Positions 35,579-49,021 of a stretch of 64,000 bases of DNA are shown here, piece by piece (the stretch's first letter is position 1; each line of letters opens with the position of its first letter). Origin of the DNA: Asterias rubens (Eukaryota); contig NC_047063.1 in the NCBI RefSeq assembly GCF_902459465.1, positions 10,540,001 to 10,604,000 on the forward strand, written 5' to 3'. The notes under the pieces were generated by a model that worked only from the letters and a program-made list of their open reading frames with translations, ran no database searches and was not told the DNA's origin. The position numbers were made by a program, and so were the translations under genes.

Positions 35579-35761
35579 AGGCCGGTGTTTAATGCTGAAC
35601 AGTTGGTCCTGAAAATGAGGCCAGTGATGCGAGTAACTCATGACAGCACAAGTCTGGCAGTAATATGTTTTCATCTAATAAATGTTTAAAATACCTATTA
35701 AATCGTTGCGGTAGCCGCGGCTAAAACATAGGATTTGAACTGACTCTAGCTATCAGGCATA

Positions 35762-35880
35762 CTGGTGGTTCATTTGGTAAGACATCTGCTCTAGAAATGG
35801 CAAAGGATTTGGGTTCAAATCCTACCTGAGTATATATGCTTGTGAATTTTAACACAGAATTTGGAGAAAGTATGGAGTAC
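35762..35880 (+). mobile_element. tRNA-derived SINE
   Basis: B-box GGTTCAAATCC; homologous to 2965-3095. Confidence 0.65.
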
Positions 35881-36098
35881 TCTCTAAAGCCAAAAGAGTG
35901 AAAAAGCACTCTTTGAAGAGCCATATGAGGGACAACTCTTTTTCGAGTGTTTTTCCACTTATTTAGATTGAAGTTTGCAGAGTGAAACCCCTTTAAAAGA
36001 GTGAAATAACCACTACACTACTCTTTTTAAAGAGCCTCATGAGGGACAACCCGAAAAGTAAAGAGTGGTGTTTTTCACCCTTTTACATTTAGAGAGTA
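35878..36098. mobile_element. TA-flanked MITE (ACTCTCTAAA ... TTTAGAGAGT)
   Basis: Short TIRs and internal AAAAGAGTG repeats. Confidence 0.55.
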
Positions 36099-36285
36099 TA
36101 CAGTGATTAAAAACACTTTGGTGTAAGGTAAAACCAAATAATATTCTTTATCTTCGATAAAAATGAACAATACCTCACTTCATAACGTCTTCAGCAGAAA
36201 GGCCTTGAATTACACAAGGGCCACTACCCTACTATCTCCCTGCTCTTGGTCTTTTATAAACCATAGACAAAAGTGCCTTGCCTTT

Positions 36286-36661
36286 TTAAAGGGAAGGTAC
36301 ACGTTTGGTAATTACTCAAAACAAATATTAACTTAAAAACTGACTTGGTAACGAGCATTGGAGAGCTGTTGATAGTATAAAACATTTTGGCAAACGACTC
36401 CCTCTGAAGTAACATAGTTTTAGAGAAAGAGGTAATTTCTCACTAAAATAATAAAAGACTTCTAGCTAGAAGTCTTTTATTCCTATCTAAAAGCACACAA
36501 ATTCGTCGAACAAGGGTGTTATTTCTTTCATCATTTTCTCGCAACTTCGATGACCGATTGAGCCCAAATTTTCACAGGTTTGTTATTTTATGGTTATGAT
36601 GGGCTACACCAAGTGAGAGCACTGGTCTTTGGCAATTACAAAACGTGTACAGTGCCTTTAA
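36286..36661 (-). mobile_element. TTAA-flanked family A-related MITE
   Basis: TIRs and body homologous to 35214-35578. Confidence 0.8.
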
Positions 36662-37128
36662 TGATGAAATTCCATTTGTGTAATTTTAATTTCTTATGTA
36701 TCTTTACTTGTTTTCTACACAGCTAGAAAGCGTATCAATGAGATTCAACAAAGTGGACATGGCTGTAGCTGGACGTCAACCTAGCATGAAAACGGCTCTT
36801 CCGCTAGTGTTAGCCCTCTGATGGTCCCCTGTGGCCTATCATTGGCCCTCTGTTGGCTGCTGATGGTGAACCACCTGGATCTGTCAGACCTTTGTGCCTG
36901 CGGGCCACTAGTTGCAGCCCTCTGATGGTCCGCTGTTTGTCGTTGATCTGCCCTCTCTTGGATGCTGACAGTGGACCACCAGCGAGCCGGCAGATGTATG
37001 TGTCGGTGTTCCGCTAAGGTTGTCTGCTGTTGCCTATCATTGGCCCTCTGTCAGCTGGTGACAATGGACATACTTGGATCGGTCGGAAGTTTGTGCTGGT
37101 GGTCCGCTAGTGGCAGCCCACTGATCGC

Positions 37129-39209
37129 TATAGGCTTGCGTTTTTATCAAATTTTGCCGTAAAATGCAACAAGGCTTGGAGATTTATCAAATTTTGCCCC
37201 AAAAGGCAACAAGGCTATATAGGCTTGCGTTTTTTTCTCTTTTTGGCCTAAATTGCAACAAGGCTACAGGCTTGCATATTTATCAAATTTTGCCCTAAAA
37301 TGCAACAAAGCTAGGCTTGCATATTCATCAAATTTTGCTCAAATTTTGCCTTAAAATGCAACAAGGCTTGCATAATTATCAAAAGTTTCCGCAAAATGCA
37401 ATAAAGCTATTGGCCTGCAGATTTATTAAATTTTTACCCAAAAAGGCAACAAGGCTATAGGCTTGGGTAATTATCAAACTTTGCCCTAAAATGCAGCTTG
37501 CAGATTTATGAAATTTTGCCCTAAAATGCAACAAGGCTATAGGCTTGCATATTTATCAAACTTTGCCCTAAAATGCAACAAGGCTATTGGCTTGGGTATT
37601 TATCAAATTGTGCCCTTAAATGCAACAAGGCTGTAGGCTTCCGTATTTATCAAATTTTGCTCAAATTTTGCCTTAAAATGTAAGATTGTGTGTATTTCAA
37701 ATTTTGTCCTAAAATGCAACAAGGCTATATAGTTGCGTAATGATCAAACTTTGTCCTGAAAAGCAACAAGGTTATAGGCTTGCGTATTTATCAAATTTTG
37801 CTGTAAAATGCAACAAGTCTATAGGCTTGCGTATTTATCAAACTTTGCTGTAAAATTAAACAAGGCTATAGGCTTGCGTATTTATCAAATTTTGCTGTAA
37901 AATGCAACAAGTCTATAGGCTTGCGTATTTATCAAACTTTGCTGTAAAATGAAACAAGTCAATAGGCTTGCGTATTTATCAAATTTTGTCGTAAAATGCA
38001 ACAAGTCAATAGGCTTGCGTATCTATCAAACTTTGCTGTAAAATGCAACAAGGCTATAGGCTTGCGTATTTATTAAATTTTGTTGTAAAATGCAACAAGG
38101 TTATAGGCTTGCGAATTTATCAAACTTTGCTGTAAAATGCAACAAGGCTATAGGCTTGCGTATTTATTAATTTTTGTTGTAAAATGCAACAAGGCTATAG
38201 GCTTGCGTATTTATCAAACTTTGCTGTAAATTGCAACAAGTCAATAGGCTTGCGTATTTATCAAATTTTGTCGTAAAATGCAACAAGGCTATAGGCTTGC
38301 GTATTTATCAAATTTTGCTGTAAAATGCAACAAGTCAATAGGCTTGCGTATTTATCAAATTTTGCTGTAAAATGCAACAAGGCTATAGGCTTGAGTATTT
38401 ATCAAGTTTTGTTGTAAAATGCAACAAGTCAATAGGCTTGCGTATCTATCAAACTTTGCGGTAAAATGCAACAAGGCTATAGGCTTGCGTATTTATTAAA
38501 TTTTGTTGTAAAATGCAACAAGGTTATAGGCTTGCGAATTTATCAAACTTTGCTGTAAAATGCAACAAGGCTATAGGCTTGTGTATTTATCAAACTTTGC
38601 TGTAAAATGCAACAAGTCAATAGGCTTGCGTATTTATCAAATTTTGCTGTTAAATGCAACAAGGCTATAGGCTTGCATATTGATCAAATTTTTCTGTAAA
38701 ATGCAACAAGGCTAAAGGGTTGCGTATTTATCAAATTTTGCTGTAAAATGCAACAAGTCTATAAGCTTACTCATTTATCAAACTTTGCTGTAAAATGCAA
38801 CAAGTCAATAGGCTTGCGTATATATCAAACTTTGCGGTAAAATGCAACAAGGCTATAGGCTTGCGTATTTATTAAATTTTGTTGTAAAATGCAACAAGGT
38901 TATAGGCTTGCGAATTTATCAAACTTTGCTGTAAAATGCAACAAGGCTATAGGCTTGTGTATTTATCAAACTTTGCTGTAAAATGCAACAAGTCAAAAGG
39001 CTTGAGTATTTATCAAATTTTGCTGTTAAATGCAACAAGGCTCTAGGCTTGCATATTGATCAAATTTTTCTGTAAAATGCAACAAGGCTATAGGGTTGCG
39101 TATTTATCAAATTTTGCTGTAAAATGCAATAAGTCTATAAGCTTACTCATTTATCAAACTTTGCTGTAAAATACAACAAGTCAATAGGGTTGCGTATTTA
39201 TCAAATTTT
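37129..39209 (+). repeat. 47-bp satellite, about 44 units (TATAGGCTTGCGTATTTATCAAATTTTGCTGTAAAATGCAACAAGGC)
   Basis: Period measured directly, e.g. CTGTAAAA at 37801 and 37848. Confidence 0.95.
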
Positions 39210-40462
39210 TAAGCAATTGTGAGTGTTATTTTTATGTGTAAAAGAATAAAGGCTGATGCTATTCACGGGCAAGTCAACCATAAGTTGATTTGCCTAAACT
39301 CTGTTCGTCTCATTATTTGACTCGTCTACTTGGCAGCCATGTTTGTCCTCAATGCAACAAATTGGGTGTGTACTAATTTTATGGGAGTTTCCTTGCGCAA
39401 AATTACTTGCTAAAAGCGACTTATATACACACCTAATTGTATTGTGGGCAAAAATTACTGCCTGGGGTCCATCTTATCCTGGTGGAACCCTCCCCCACCC
39501 TGTGGGGACTTACCTATTGGTCCCTACAGGGTGGGGGAGGGTTCCACCAGGATAAGATGGGCCCTCAATATAAATGGGGGGGGGGGGGTAGGGTTGAGGC
39601 AAATAAAACACAAGATACAATGAGAGTCATGTTCAATTTTTTATTGAAAATTTTGGCCAAAAAAAAAGCAGAGTTGTGCAAACACCTGTGCCTGTTGGTG
39701 GACCCCCTCGGCTACCTGGAACTCGTGAAGACCTTAGGCCCAAGTGCAATGGATGATATGTTCTTTGTTCAGTGAAGTTCAATTAGATGTACTCCTAGTG
39801 TCTACTTCAATGTTGTAATGTCTTACAAAACATAAACGAGCTAGACGCAATTTTGCGCTTTGTTTTAGATGCAAGTGTTGAGCAGAAGGTAGTTGTTGCT
39901 TGCTTAAATGAACTGGTGCCCTCAAGGGCCTAAGATTTCACCGATTGTTGACTCGCAACCAAGCTGCACTGGTGGTGCCAAGAGATGTCAACGCTTGTTC
40001 CAATGGGATCCTAACTCAACAGATGATGACGACTTCTATCCAGATGATGATGTGCTGGTCGGAGAAACGAGTTTTGCAATGGCCACTAATTTCCCCCTTG
40101 CTTTCCATGGGGCTGCAATTTGGAAGTTCACATGAAACCAAATGGCTATAAGTGAACTTGTTTTTGACCAACTTTGATTAACAACAAAGTGGACGAGTAT
40201 TTAAAACACATGTATCAACCAAAAGCTCAGAGAAAAACACTTGACGATATCACACAAACGTCACAATTTTGTTTACAGTTAAGTATGGCGAATAGTGATG
40301 TTTTCTCACTACATGTTTGCCAACAAATGATAACAAAGATGACATTGGATTAGTATAATAACTACCATCATAAAAGAGAACCAACTTTGACCACAATGAC
40401 CAAACATTTCTTAACACGGCTAAAGATTGATCAAGAACTGAGGTACATGTAATTGATTTATT

Positions 40463-41020
40463 TTGTTGCATGTTGCATTTTAGGGCAAAATTTGATAAAT
40501 ACGCAAGCCGCCTTGTTGCATTTTGGGGCAAAATTTGACAATTACGCAAGCCTGTAGCATTTTGGGCGAAGTCTGATAAATACGCTATAGCCTTGTTGCA
40601 TTTTAGGTCACAATTTGATGAAAACGCAAGCCTATATATAGCCTTGTTGCATTTTAGGGCAAAATTTGATAAATATGCAAGCCTGTAGCCTTGTTGCATT
40701 TTAGGGCAAAATTTGATCGGACGCAAGCCTATAGCCTTTTGCATTTTAGGGCAAAATTTGATGAACAAGCAAGCCTATAGACTTGTTGCATTTTAGGGAA
40801 AATTTGATAAATACGCAAGCCTATAGCCTGGTTGCATTTTAGGGCAAAATTTAATAAATATGCAAGCCTGTAGCCTTGTTGCATTTTAGGGCAAAATTAG
40901 ATACATACGCAAGCCTATAGCCTTTTGCATTTTAGGGCAAAATTTGATGAACACGCAAGCATGTAGCCTTGTTGCATTTTAGGGCAAAATTTAATGAATA
41001 CGCAAGCCTATAGCCTTGTT
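40463..41020 (-). repeat. Same 47-bp satellite in opposite orientation, about 12 units
   Basis: CCTTGTTGCATTTTAGGGCAAAATTTGATAAATACGCAAGCCTATAG is the reverse complement of the unit. Confidence 0.95.
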
Positions 41021-42201
41021 GAAAAGGGGTTGAATAAAATTAGGATAAATTTCTTTGCAATTTAGGAGAACAACTGTTTCCTTAATTGTCAACTGCAGTT
41101 TTTGAAAGGAACACTTTCACTTGGTTTGCCCTGAAATACTTTTGACCTTCTGTGTGACGACAAAACTTGCTGTACATTTCTATGCAATTTAGGGCACAAC
41201 TGTTTCCTAAATTGTTTCCGGAATACTTTCCCTTGGTTTGTATGAAAACACTACTAGTCTGGTAGTAGAAGAATAAACAAGGTAACTGTCTTGTGTTTGA
41301 TTCCCCCTCAAATTATTATCTAATAAAATGAAGGACTAAATTTGTTTGCAATTTAGGGCACAACTGTTTCCTAAACTGAAGTTTTTAAATGAATACCTTT
41401 ACTTGGTTTGCACTGAAATAGTCTAAGACTTAGTTTCCCCTCATTTTATTATCAAACAAAATGAGGATCTTAAATGGTTTCAATCTTTGTCAAAAATTTA
41501 CTTAAAATTGATCGCTCATTGTGACAGAAACTTATTTGATTTCTTAAGTTCACACCCCTGTTTTGGGTACACAGAAAGGTAAATTGCTTTTTCAGTAAAG
41601 AACATCACCGGGTGAAAAGACTCAGTTGCAATAAGAACCTGATGCAAGATATCTGTGTGCCATAAATTTACCTACAAAACTTCAGACAAATTGATCCCTT
41701 TGAAACCTTGAAATGACCTGTGACCTTTTATGCAATGATTTTAGTTTTGGCTGACCAATTTATGACCTTTGACACAAAATGAAGAGTGAGTTGAACAAGA
41801 CAACACGCTAAGTTACTTGAATGCTGACAAATTCTATTATACGCGCCTCAAACTTAAACAAGCTGCAGTTAAGTTCTACTAGTCCTATTCCAAAAACCAT
41901 ATCCTCATATTAAGTTAATGCCTTTAGTGTTTAGTTCTATCATTTGCTATTTCTAAATTTATATCCTAGAATATGATTTTGTTGTGAAAGTCTTTTATTA
42001 GATTTTATTTGAAAACTTGTTTAGTTTTATCTAGTCTGATTTCAAAAACTGTATTATCCAAAGATTTAAATGTTAACCTCGCAAGTGTTAACATCCACAT
42101 CAAGTTTGATTTTAATATCCTAGAACAAGATTTAGTTTGGAATGTCACATTAACTTTTATAATAAACTTTTTGTTCAGACGCTGCATTGTAAATGAACTC
42201 G

Positions 42202-42560
42202 GTTCTACCTAGTATAAAAACCATGGTCTCAATAAATTTTAAATGTCAAGTTTAAGTTGTAAGCGTCGTAAAGTTTCAGAGAATTTTTATGATAACTTTC
42301 TGTTTAAGACAATGTGTCGAAAATTAATTTAGTTCTACCTAGTATAAAAACCATGGTCTCAAATAATTTTAAATGTTAACTTTAAGTTGTAAGTGTCGCA
42401 AAGTTTCAGAGAATTTGTATGATAACTTTCTGTTTAAGACAACGCGTCGAAAATTAATTAAGTTCTGCCTAGTATAAAAACCATTGTCTCAGATATGGGC
42501 TTAAGTTTTAAAAGTTTTAGTTGTAACTGTCGCAAAGTTTTGGAGAACTTCTATGACAAA
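42202..42560. repeat. 130-bp tandem repeat, about 3 copies
   Basis: GTTCT(A/G)CCTAGTATAAAAACC at 42202, 42332 and 42462. Confidence 0.9.
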
Positions 42561-43795
42561 CATTCTGTTTGGCACTGCTTTGAAAACTAAATCTGTGATC
42601 TCCTGCAGTAATTTGCCCTCGACTGTGACCAGACCCTAAGAACCTTGACATAGACCTGACCTTTGACATCTTCTAAAAACAACCAATTCAAAGCAACTAC
42701 AAATTATAGGAATCCAATGTCATCTTTGGTATCAAAAGGCAAGAAAATTTGTGTTCTTACTAGACATTTTGGATATGAAGTGGCATGACCAAGCAGAACA
42801 TGTTTCTCCAGCCCTCATATCATCAACTGAACAGAAGTCCTCATCATCCACCGAGTCCAGATTCCATTGGCTCAAGCGAAGACATCTCCAGGCACCTTTG
42901 ATGATCTCAAAAGGATCCCCAATTCAAACCTGTTTACTCAAAAACAAAAGAATGACGTGACCAACAAAAGGCTAAATAATAAGGGGCCCTCATCCCGACG
43001 TCTTGAGAGATCTTGCCGACCAGAACTTTTTAGGGACCAACCACTAACTTCCAGCTCCATCCCTAGTATGATTGCTTCCAAAAATGCTCGCTCTAGCTCG
43101 TTAAACTTTGTAAGGCATTACACCAGTGAAGGAGAGCACTAGTTGTGCATCTAAAAGAATTTCACTGAACCAAGAACATACCTTCCATTGCACCCGGGCC
43201 CGTAGGACCAACACTTGTTCCAGGCAGCCGAGGGGGTCCACCAACAGGCACAGGTGTTTGCACAACTCTGCGAGTTTTTCATGGGTTTGGATGAGGCCCT
43301 AACATCAAAATGAGTTGCTCCTACACAATGAGTCCACGTTTTAGATAATGAAATTTAAAAAACACCCAACCCCCCAACAGAAAAATAAAGAAATATTATG
43401 AACAAATTGTGCTGTGTTTCAAGCTCTGAAGTATATTCATGATATCTTTCAGAACAATTAGGACTTACAAACAAACAAAATAAAAAAATCAATGAATTTC
43501 GCAATTCTTTTTGATAGAAATTTCCATATATCTGCAAAATACTAAGATTTCCATAGTTTTGTTTTCCTGCTTGGTCAATGAAACAAAGTTAATGGCTTCG
43601 CTTGCAAGAAAAGTCATTACACTTGGAAAAGTTTGACACTTTTGAATGGTCTCATTTGTGGGTATAGGAGCAGCTCATCAAGCATTTATTTTAAATAAAA
43701 CAAAGACATATGATTCAGAAAAGATCGTTATTCTAAAAAAAATCAACTGTTAAAATAAATAAGAAATGACGAGTTTTGTTCAAAATTCCACCCAA

Positions 43796-44030
43796 CAGTT
43801 TCAATCAGAGTGCTCTCTGGCTGGTAAAACTGTGTCCCAAGAAGACAATCAGAGTGCCCCGATTATCCGCAAAGGAAGGTTTCAGTTATATTCATCCAAA
43901 AGTTATTCAAAATAATTTGTTTAACACTTCTTTGTACAGTTTCAATCAGAGTGCTCTCTGACTGGTAAAACTGAGTCCCAAGAAGACAATCAGAGTGCCC
44001 TGATTCTCTGCACGGGAAGGTTTTCTTGAA
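43796..44030. repeat. Two-copy direct repeat, period 141 bp
   Basis: CAGTTTCAATCAGAGTGCTCTCTG at 43796 and 43937. Confidence 0.85.
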
Positions 44031-44169
44031 GATTTTGTCTTTGTGAATTTGGCATGTATGACTCTGAATCATTAATCTTTGAGTGGGAAAGGGAACTATG
44101 TTTCTAAACTTAAGGGGAAATCTAAACACTAGTTAAAGTATGTGAAAGTGGTTACCATACAAGGAAAGT

Positions 44170-44540
44170 ATGCATAACTCACCACACAAAGGGAAGTGTC
44201 GGTAACTCACGACACAAAGGGAAGTGTCAGTAACTCATGACACAAATGGGAATGTCAGTAACTCACGACACAAAGGGAAGTGTCAGTTACTCACGACACA
44301 AAGGGAAGTGTCAGTTACTTACGACACAAAGGAAGTGCCAGTAACTCATGACAAAACAGAAAAGTGTAACTCACGACACAAAGGGAAGTGTCAGTTACTC
44401 ATAAAATGTTAGTAGCTCTTGACACAAAGGAAGTGTGAGCAACTCAGCATAACACAAGGTGAAGAATCCCACAAGAAAAAGTGTGAGCAATTCACCGCAA
44501 GATGGAAAGTGTGAACAATTCAACACACAATAGAAAGTGT
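44170..44540 (+). repeat. 28-bp minisatellite (ACTCACGACACAAAGGGAAGTGTCAGTA)n, decaying rightwards
   Basis: TAACTCA at 44203 and 44231. Confidence 0.9.
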
Positions 44541-44945
44541 CAGCCAAAAAAAATCATTCACACACCCTGAAACGTTGACTGACCTACAAAAGTAATCTAG
44601 TAAATACAAAGCAAATACATAGTCAAATTTTGTTTGACTCCTAAGAATGTAGACACTTAAGTGTCCCCTACTCCACGCATGCAACTCTGTCATTTTGATA
44701 AAAGATTTGACATTCCTGAAATCAAGGCACAGCAAGATTTTGTGCTGTGTTTTGTTTTTTAATGGTTAAGAAAACCAAAACCATAAAAATAAGATGTTGC
44801 ATGGCTGCTAATTGCTGATGTATGAGATGGGCAAAAACCCCTCTGGGGGAAAAATTCCCATGCCGGCTCCACTATATGGCAGCCAAGTTTGTCAACTCCA
44901 TACATCAGCGTACATAAACTGACTGACCTATATGCGTGTCATGGC

Positions 44946-45500
44946 ACAAAGGGAAGTGCCAGTAACTCACAACACCAGGGAAGTGTCAGTAAGTCACAAC
45001 ACCAAGGGAAGTGTCAGTAACTCACGACACCAAGGGAAGTGTCAGTAAACTCACGACACAAAGGAAAGTGTCAGTAACTCACAACACCAGGGAAGTGCCA
45101 GTAAGTCACAACACCAAGGGAAGTGCCAGTGAGTCACAACACCAAGGGAAATGTCAATAACTCACGACACCAAGGGAAGTGTCAGTAAACTCACGACACA
45201 AAGGGAAGTGTCAGTAGCTCACAACAACAAGGAAAGTGTCAGTAACCCACGACACAAAGGGAAGTGCCAGTAACTCAAGACACTAAGGGAAGAAATATTC
45301 TTCAAACTAGGCCTAAGACAACGTTTCAGTTAGTAAACTTGATAATTTACCACACAAAGGAAAGTGTAAGCAATTTACCACCATAGAAAAGTGGACGTGC
45401 CAGAAATCCTACAACAAAGGGAAGTGCAAGAAATTCCCAACACAAGGGAAAGTGCGAGCAAATTCACTACACAAGAGAAAGTGTGAGCAATTTACCACAC
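44946..45500 (+). repeat. Second array of the 28-bp minisatellite
   Basis: Same unit, with a degenerate tail after about 45300. Confidence 0.9.
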
Positions 45501-46427
45501 AATGATAACCTTTATGATCCATCCCTATTATATACAACTAAATACTTCCTAAAGGTTGCCACATCTGTGCTGAGGATCGGATGGCAGGAACTCCTTGTGA
45601 AGATATAACACTCTCTGTCTGGATTACTCGATCCGTAGAAGATGGAAAAAAAGGAAAAAGATAATGATTTAACACCTTTGTTGGTACAGGAATTACCAAA
45701 AATGAATAAGTTCAGAAGGGGTATTATATTTTTTTCAAAAATAGGCTAAAATTTGATAAAGGTGTAAGTCTTGTATTTTTGCCCAGAATTGGCTAAGATT
45801 TGATAAAATCACAAGGGTTAGGGTTGCATTTTTGTTGAAAATTTGATGAGTTGGGATAAAATAACAAGAGGGCAAGCCTTGTATTTTAGGGGGCCATGGC
45901 TTCAATGGAAAGAAGACGATGAGGAGTGAAGGTTCAGTCTTAGATGTGGGAGGAACACCTAAGTATATTATTCCAGGGGAAAACAGATGCAGTCAGAGTG
46001 ATAACCCAATCCACAAACTGATTCAAACTAGAGTCCTAGAGGTGGAAGGCGATGTTGGAAATTAGACACAACTACGCTAACAAGACCACCAATTTTTGTA
46101 TTTTCAATTGCTTTTGTATCGTACCTGTATAAGCATGAAGTTTGAGAGAGTTGTTATAACGCAGATTGCTGCAAACAAGGCTTCAGTAGCGATAGCTTGA
46201 GACATCACTTCTGTTCTGTGAGACTGATAAGCTGACAATCTAGACGGCACTATGACTGATGATCTGACTACCTCTGATTGGATCACCTCATCTGTAGATG
46301 AAAAACAAAATAATGTTCAAGGTTCCTTTTTTCAACAGTATCAAAAGAAAATACACATTATCACTCCAAAGAAATCGGTGTACAGAACAAATCTATACAG
46401 TACATTATACATATATCAAAAACTAGA

Positions 46428-46908
46428 TTAAAGTCACCTGGAAATAGAATTTTTTTTCTTTCAAACATAAGAGTATATGCTTACGAACAATAAAACAATT
46501 TTTTTTAGTAATTGTTTGTCACGATTTATATGTTTAAAAAATATATAAAGTTGTTTGGGGGCTGACTCCGCCTACCCCTTTTGTGACGTCAATCGAGGCA
46601 GACTTTACCTGCAATGCGTATATTAAACACACGTGCAAAGTACATGTACGTCCAAGTTGTAAATTGGTACATTTCAAAAAGTGTTTTTTCTGCATTCAGC
46701 AGCAATACACCTGGTCGGCATTGCCTCGATTGACGTCACAAACAGCACCCTAACCCTAACCCTAAGCCCTACTCTTAAATTTGTTAATAACATAAGAACT
46801 GACTTTTTAAAACCTTAGTTAACTGTTTATGCACATTTCACTTATCAAAACACATATATTAGTGACAAAAGCTTTATTTTGATAAAATACCACTTCCAGG
46901 TGACTTTA
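46428..46908. mobile_element. TTAA-flanked MITE (AGTCACCTGGAA TIR) unique to macro-repeat unit 1
   Basis: TIRs AAGTCACCTGGAA / TTCCAGGTGACTT; the other units show the empty site CTAGATTAAAT. Confidence 0.75.
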
Positions 46909-47071
46909 TGGTACTGCAGAGCTTGCAGGCAATGGTCCATTTATTCCAGGCATTTACATTGAGACTGAGAAGAACAATTATATCTATTAGTGAAATATGA
47001 AAATATGAAATTAAAACCCAAAACAGTTCAGAGGGGGGGGGGGATGAAATTTGATTTTGCATTGTACACCC

Positions 47072-47242
47072 TAAAGCCCGGTTCATACTTCATGCGGATA
47101 CGAATGCGAAGTGATTTGATGTGAATTTGACGTCACCCTCTCACAAGGGAGTAGACGGAGTTCAACTGCTGCGAATTGCTCGTTGCGAATTGGTGACGTC
47201 AAGATTCGCTTCACATTCGCAGGAAGTATGAACCAGGCTTTA
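47072..47242. mobile_element. MITE with AGCCCGGTTCATACTTC TIR (PIF/Harbinger-like)
   Basis: ~20-bp TIRs; a second copy at 49022-49212 is flanked by TTA/TTA. Confidence 0.7.
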
Positions 47243-49021
47243 CACCCTGAACATCTCGGCTGTAAAACCACAGTGAAATTTTAATGAAGAGCAGGACTTG
47301 GTTGAAACTCAAGAATTATTTCTCTCTCATTGAAAAACAGAGTTTTCTGACCAGTTACTGGCCTCCAAAAGCCAAGATGTTGGTCTTGCATCTACGTCAA
47401 AATGGGCTAAAATTTAATACGATCACAAGGGGGAAGTAATTGCCTTACATTTTTATCAAAAATTTGCAAAAAAAAATTGATAACATCACAAGGGGTAGGC
47501 CTAATAGGTCCTAAGCCTTTCATTTGTTTTGAAAATTTGATGAAATTGTGATAAAAAAGGAGTGAAGGTGGTCAGCATTACAATGTTGTCTAAGATGGGC
47601 TAAAGTTTAAAGTTTGCTGAAATTGGTTAGCCGGAAGTGGCAGCTCAAGACCGGTCTATTTGGAAGCGTCTCACAAGTCAGGCAGGCGGTGCAGAAATTC
47701 ATGATGCTAACCAGTGATGATGATGATGGTTAGCCTTGCTTTGTCTTTGAAAATTTGATGAAATTGGTTAGCCTTGCTTTTGTCTTTGAAAATTTGATGA
47801 AATTGAGATGAAATCACAAGGCCTTGCATTTTGTAGAAATTGGGCCAAGAATTTAATAAAAAACATAAGGGGTAAGCCCTGCATTTTCATTGAAAATGGG
47901 TTGAAAAGTGATAAATTCACCAGGTTTAATTAAGCCTTCCATGTTTGTCAAAAAAGGCTGAAATTTGATAAAATCAAAAGAGAATAAAAAAAGCCTTGTG
48001 TTCTTGCCAAATTAATGAATTGTAAATTTTAGCATTCTCATTTTTGTAACGGTGACAATGTCAGAAATGTGATTCATTTTATTTCAATTATTCTGGTGAA
48101 GCTAAATATCTTTTATAAAAGCGAACTTAATCACTGTACTAGCCAAGAATCCAATTGAGGGAAGACAATGAGGAATGAAGTTTCAGTCTTGGATGTGGAA
48201 GGAACACCCCAGTAAATTATTCAAGGGGAAAACCCACGCAGTCGCAGTGATAACCCAATCCGGGTAGTGCCCCGGTGGATTCAAACAAGAGTCCTAGAAG
48301 TGGAAGGCGATGTTGGAAATTAGATGATACAACTATGCTAACTAGACCACCAATTTTGTATTTTCGTTTGCTTTTGTATCGTACCTGTATAAGCATGAAG
48401 TTGAAAGAGTTGTTATAATGCAGATTACTGGCTTCAGCAGCGATAGCTTTAGACATCACTTCTGCTCTGTGTCACAGACATCCACTATGACTGTCACTTC
48501 TGCTCTGTGTCACAGACATCCACTATGACTGATGATCTGACAATCTAGACGGCACTATGACTGATGATCTCACAACCTCCGATTGGATCACTTCATCTGT
48601 AGATAAAAAAAGAGAGAATAAGGTTCAAGGTTCATTTATTTTTCCACAGTATCAAAAAGAAAATAGACATCATCATTTCAAAGAAATCGGTGTAAAGAAC
48701 AAATCTTTACAGTACATATATCAAAAGCTAGATTAAATATGGCACTGCAGAGCTTGCAGGCAATGGTCCATTTGTGCCAGGCATTTACATTGAGAATGAG
48801 AAGAACAATTTCCTACATCTATGAGTGAAATAAGAATATGAAATTAAACCCCAAAACAATTCAGTGGGGGGGGGGGAGGGTGGGTAATCAAATGTGATTT
48901 TGCCTTGTAGGCCTCTGCTGATAAACCACAGTGATAATTTCAATGAAGAGCTGGATTTGGTTGAAAATCAAGAACTATTTCTCTCTCATCAAAAGTCTTC
49001 TGGCCTCCGAAAGCCAAGGAT

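Noticed and set aside
39965-40075. Shared peptide GAxRCxRLxQW...DDxDF...GET between this segment and 42790-42895
   Set aside because: Codon-by-codon differences are mostly non-synonymous and the second copy has an upstream in-frame stop, consistent with neutral DNA-level paralogy.
40250-40768. 172-aa ORF
   Set aside because: Mostly a read-through of the 47-bp satellite with non-ATG start; no domain.
44170-45500. CRISPR-like appearance of the 28-bp (and 47-bp) repeats
   Set aside because: Units are head-to-tail with no unique spacers, there are no cas genes, and the context is eukaryotic.
46748-46765. (CCCTAA)3 telomere-like repeat
   Set aside because: Only three units, inside a MITE; not evidence of a telomeric fusion.
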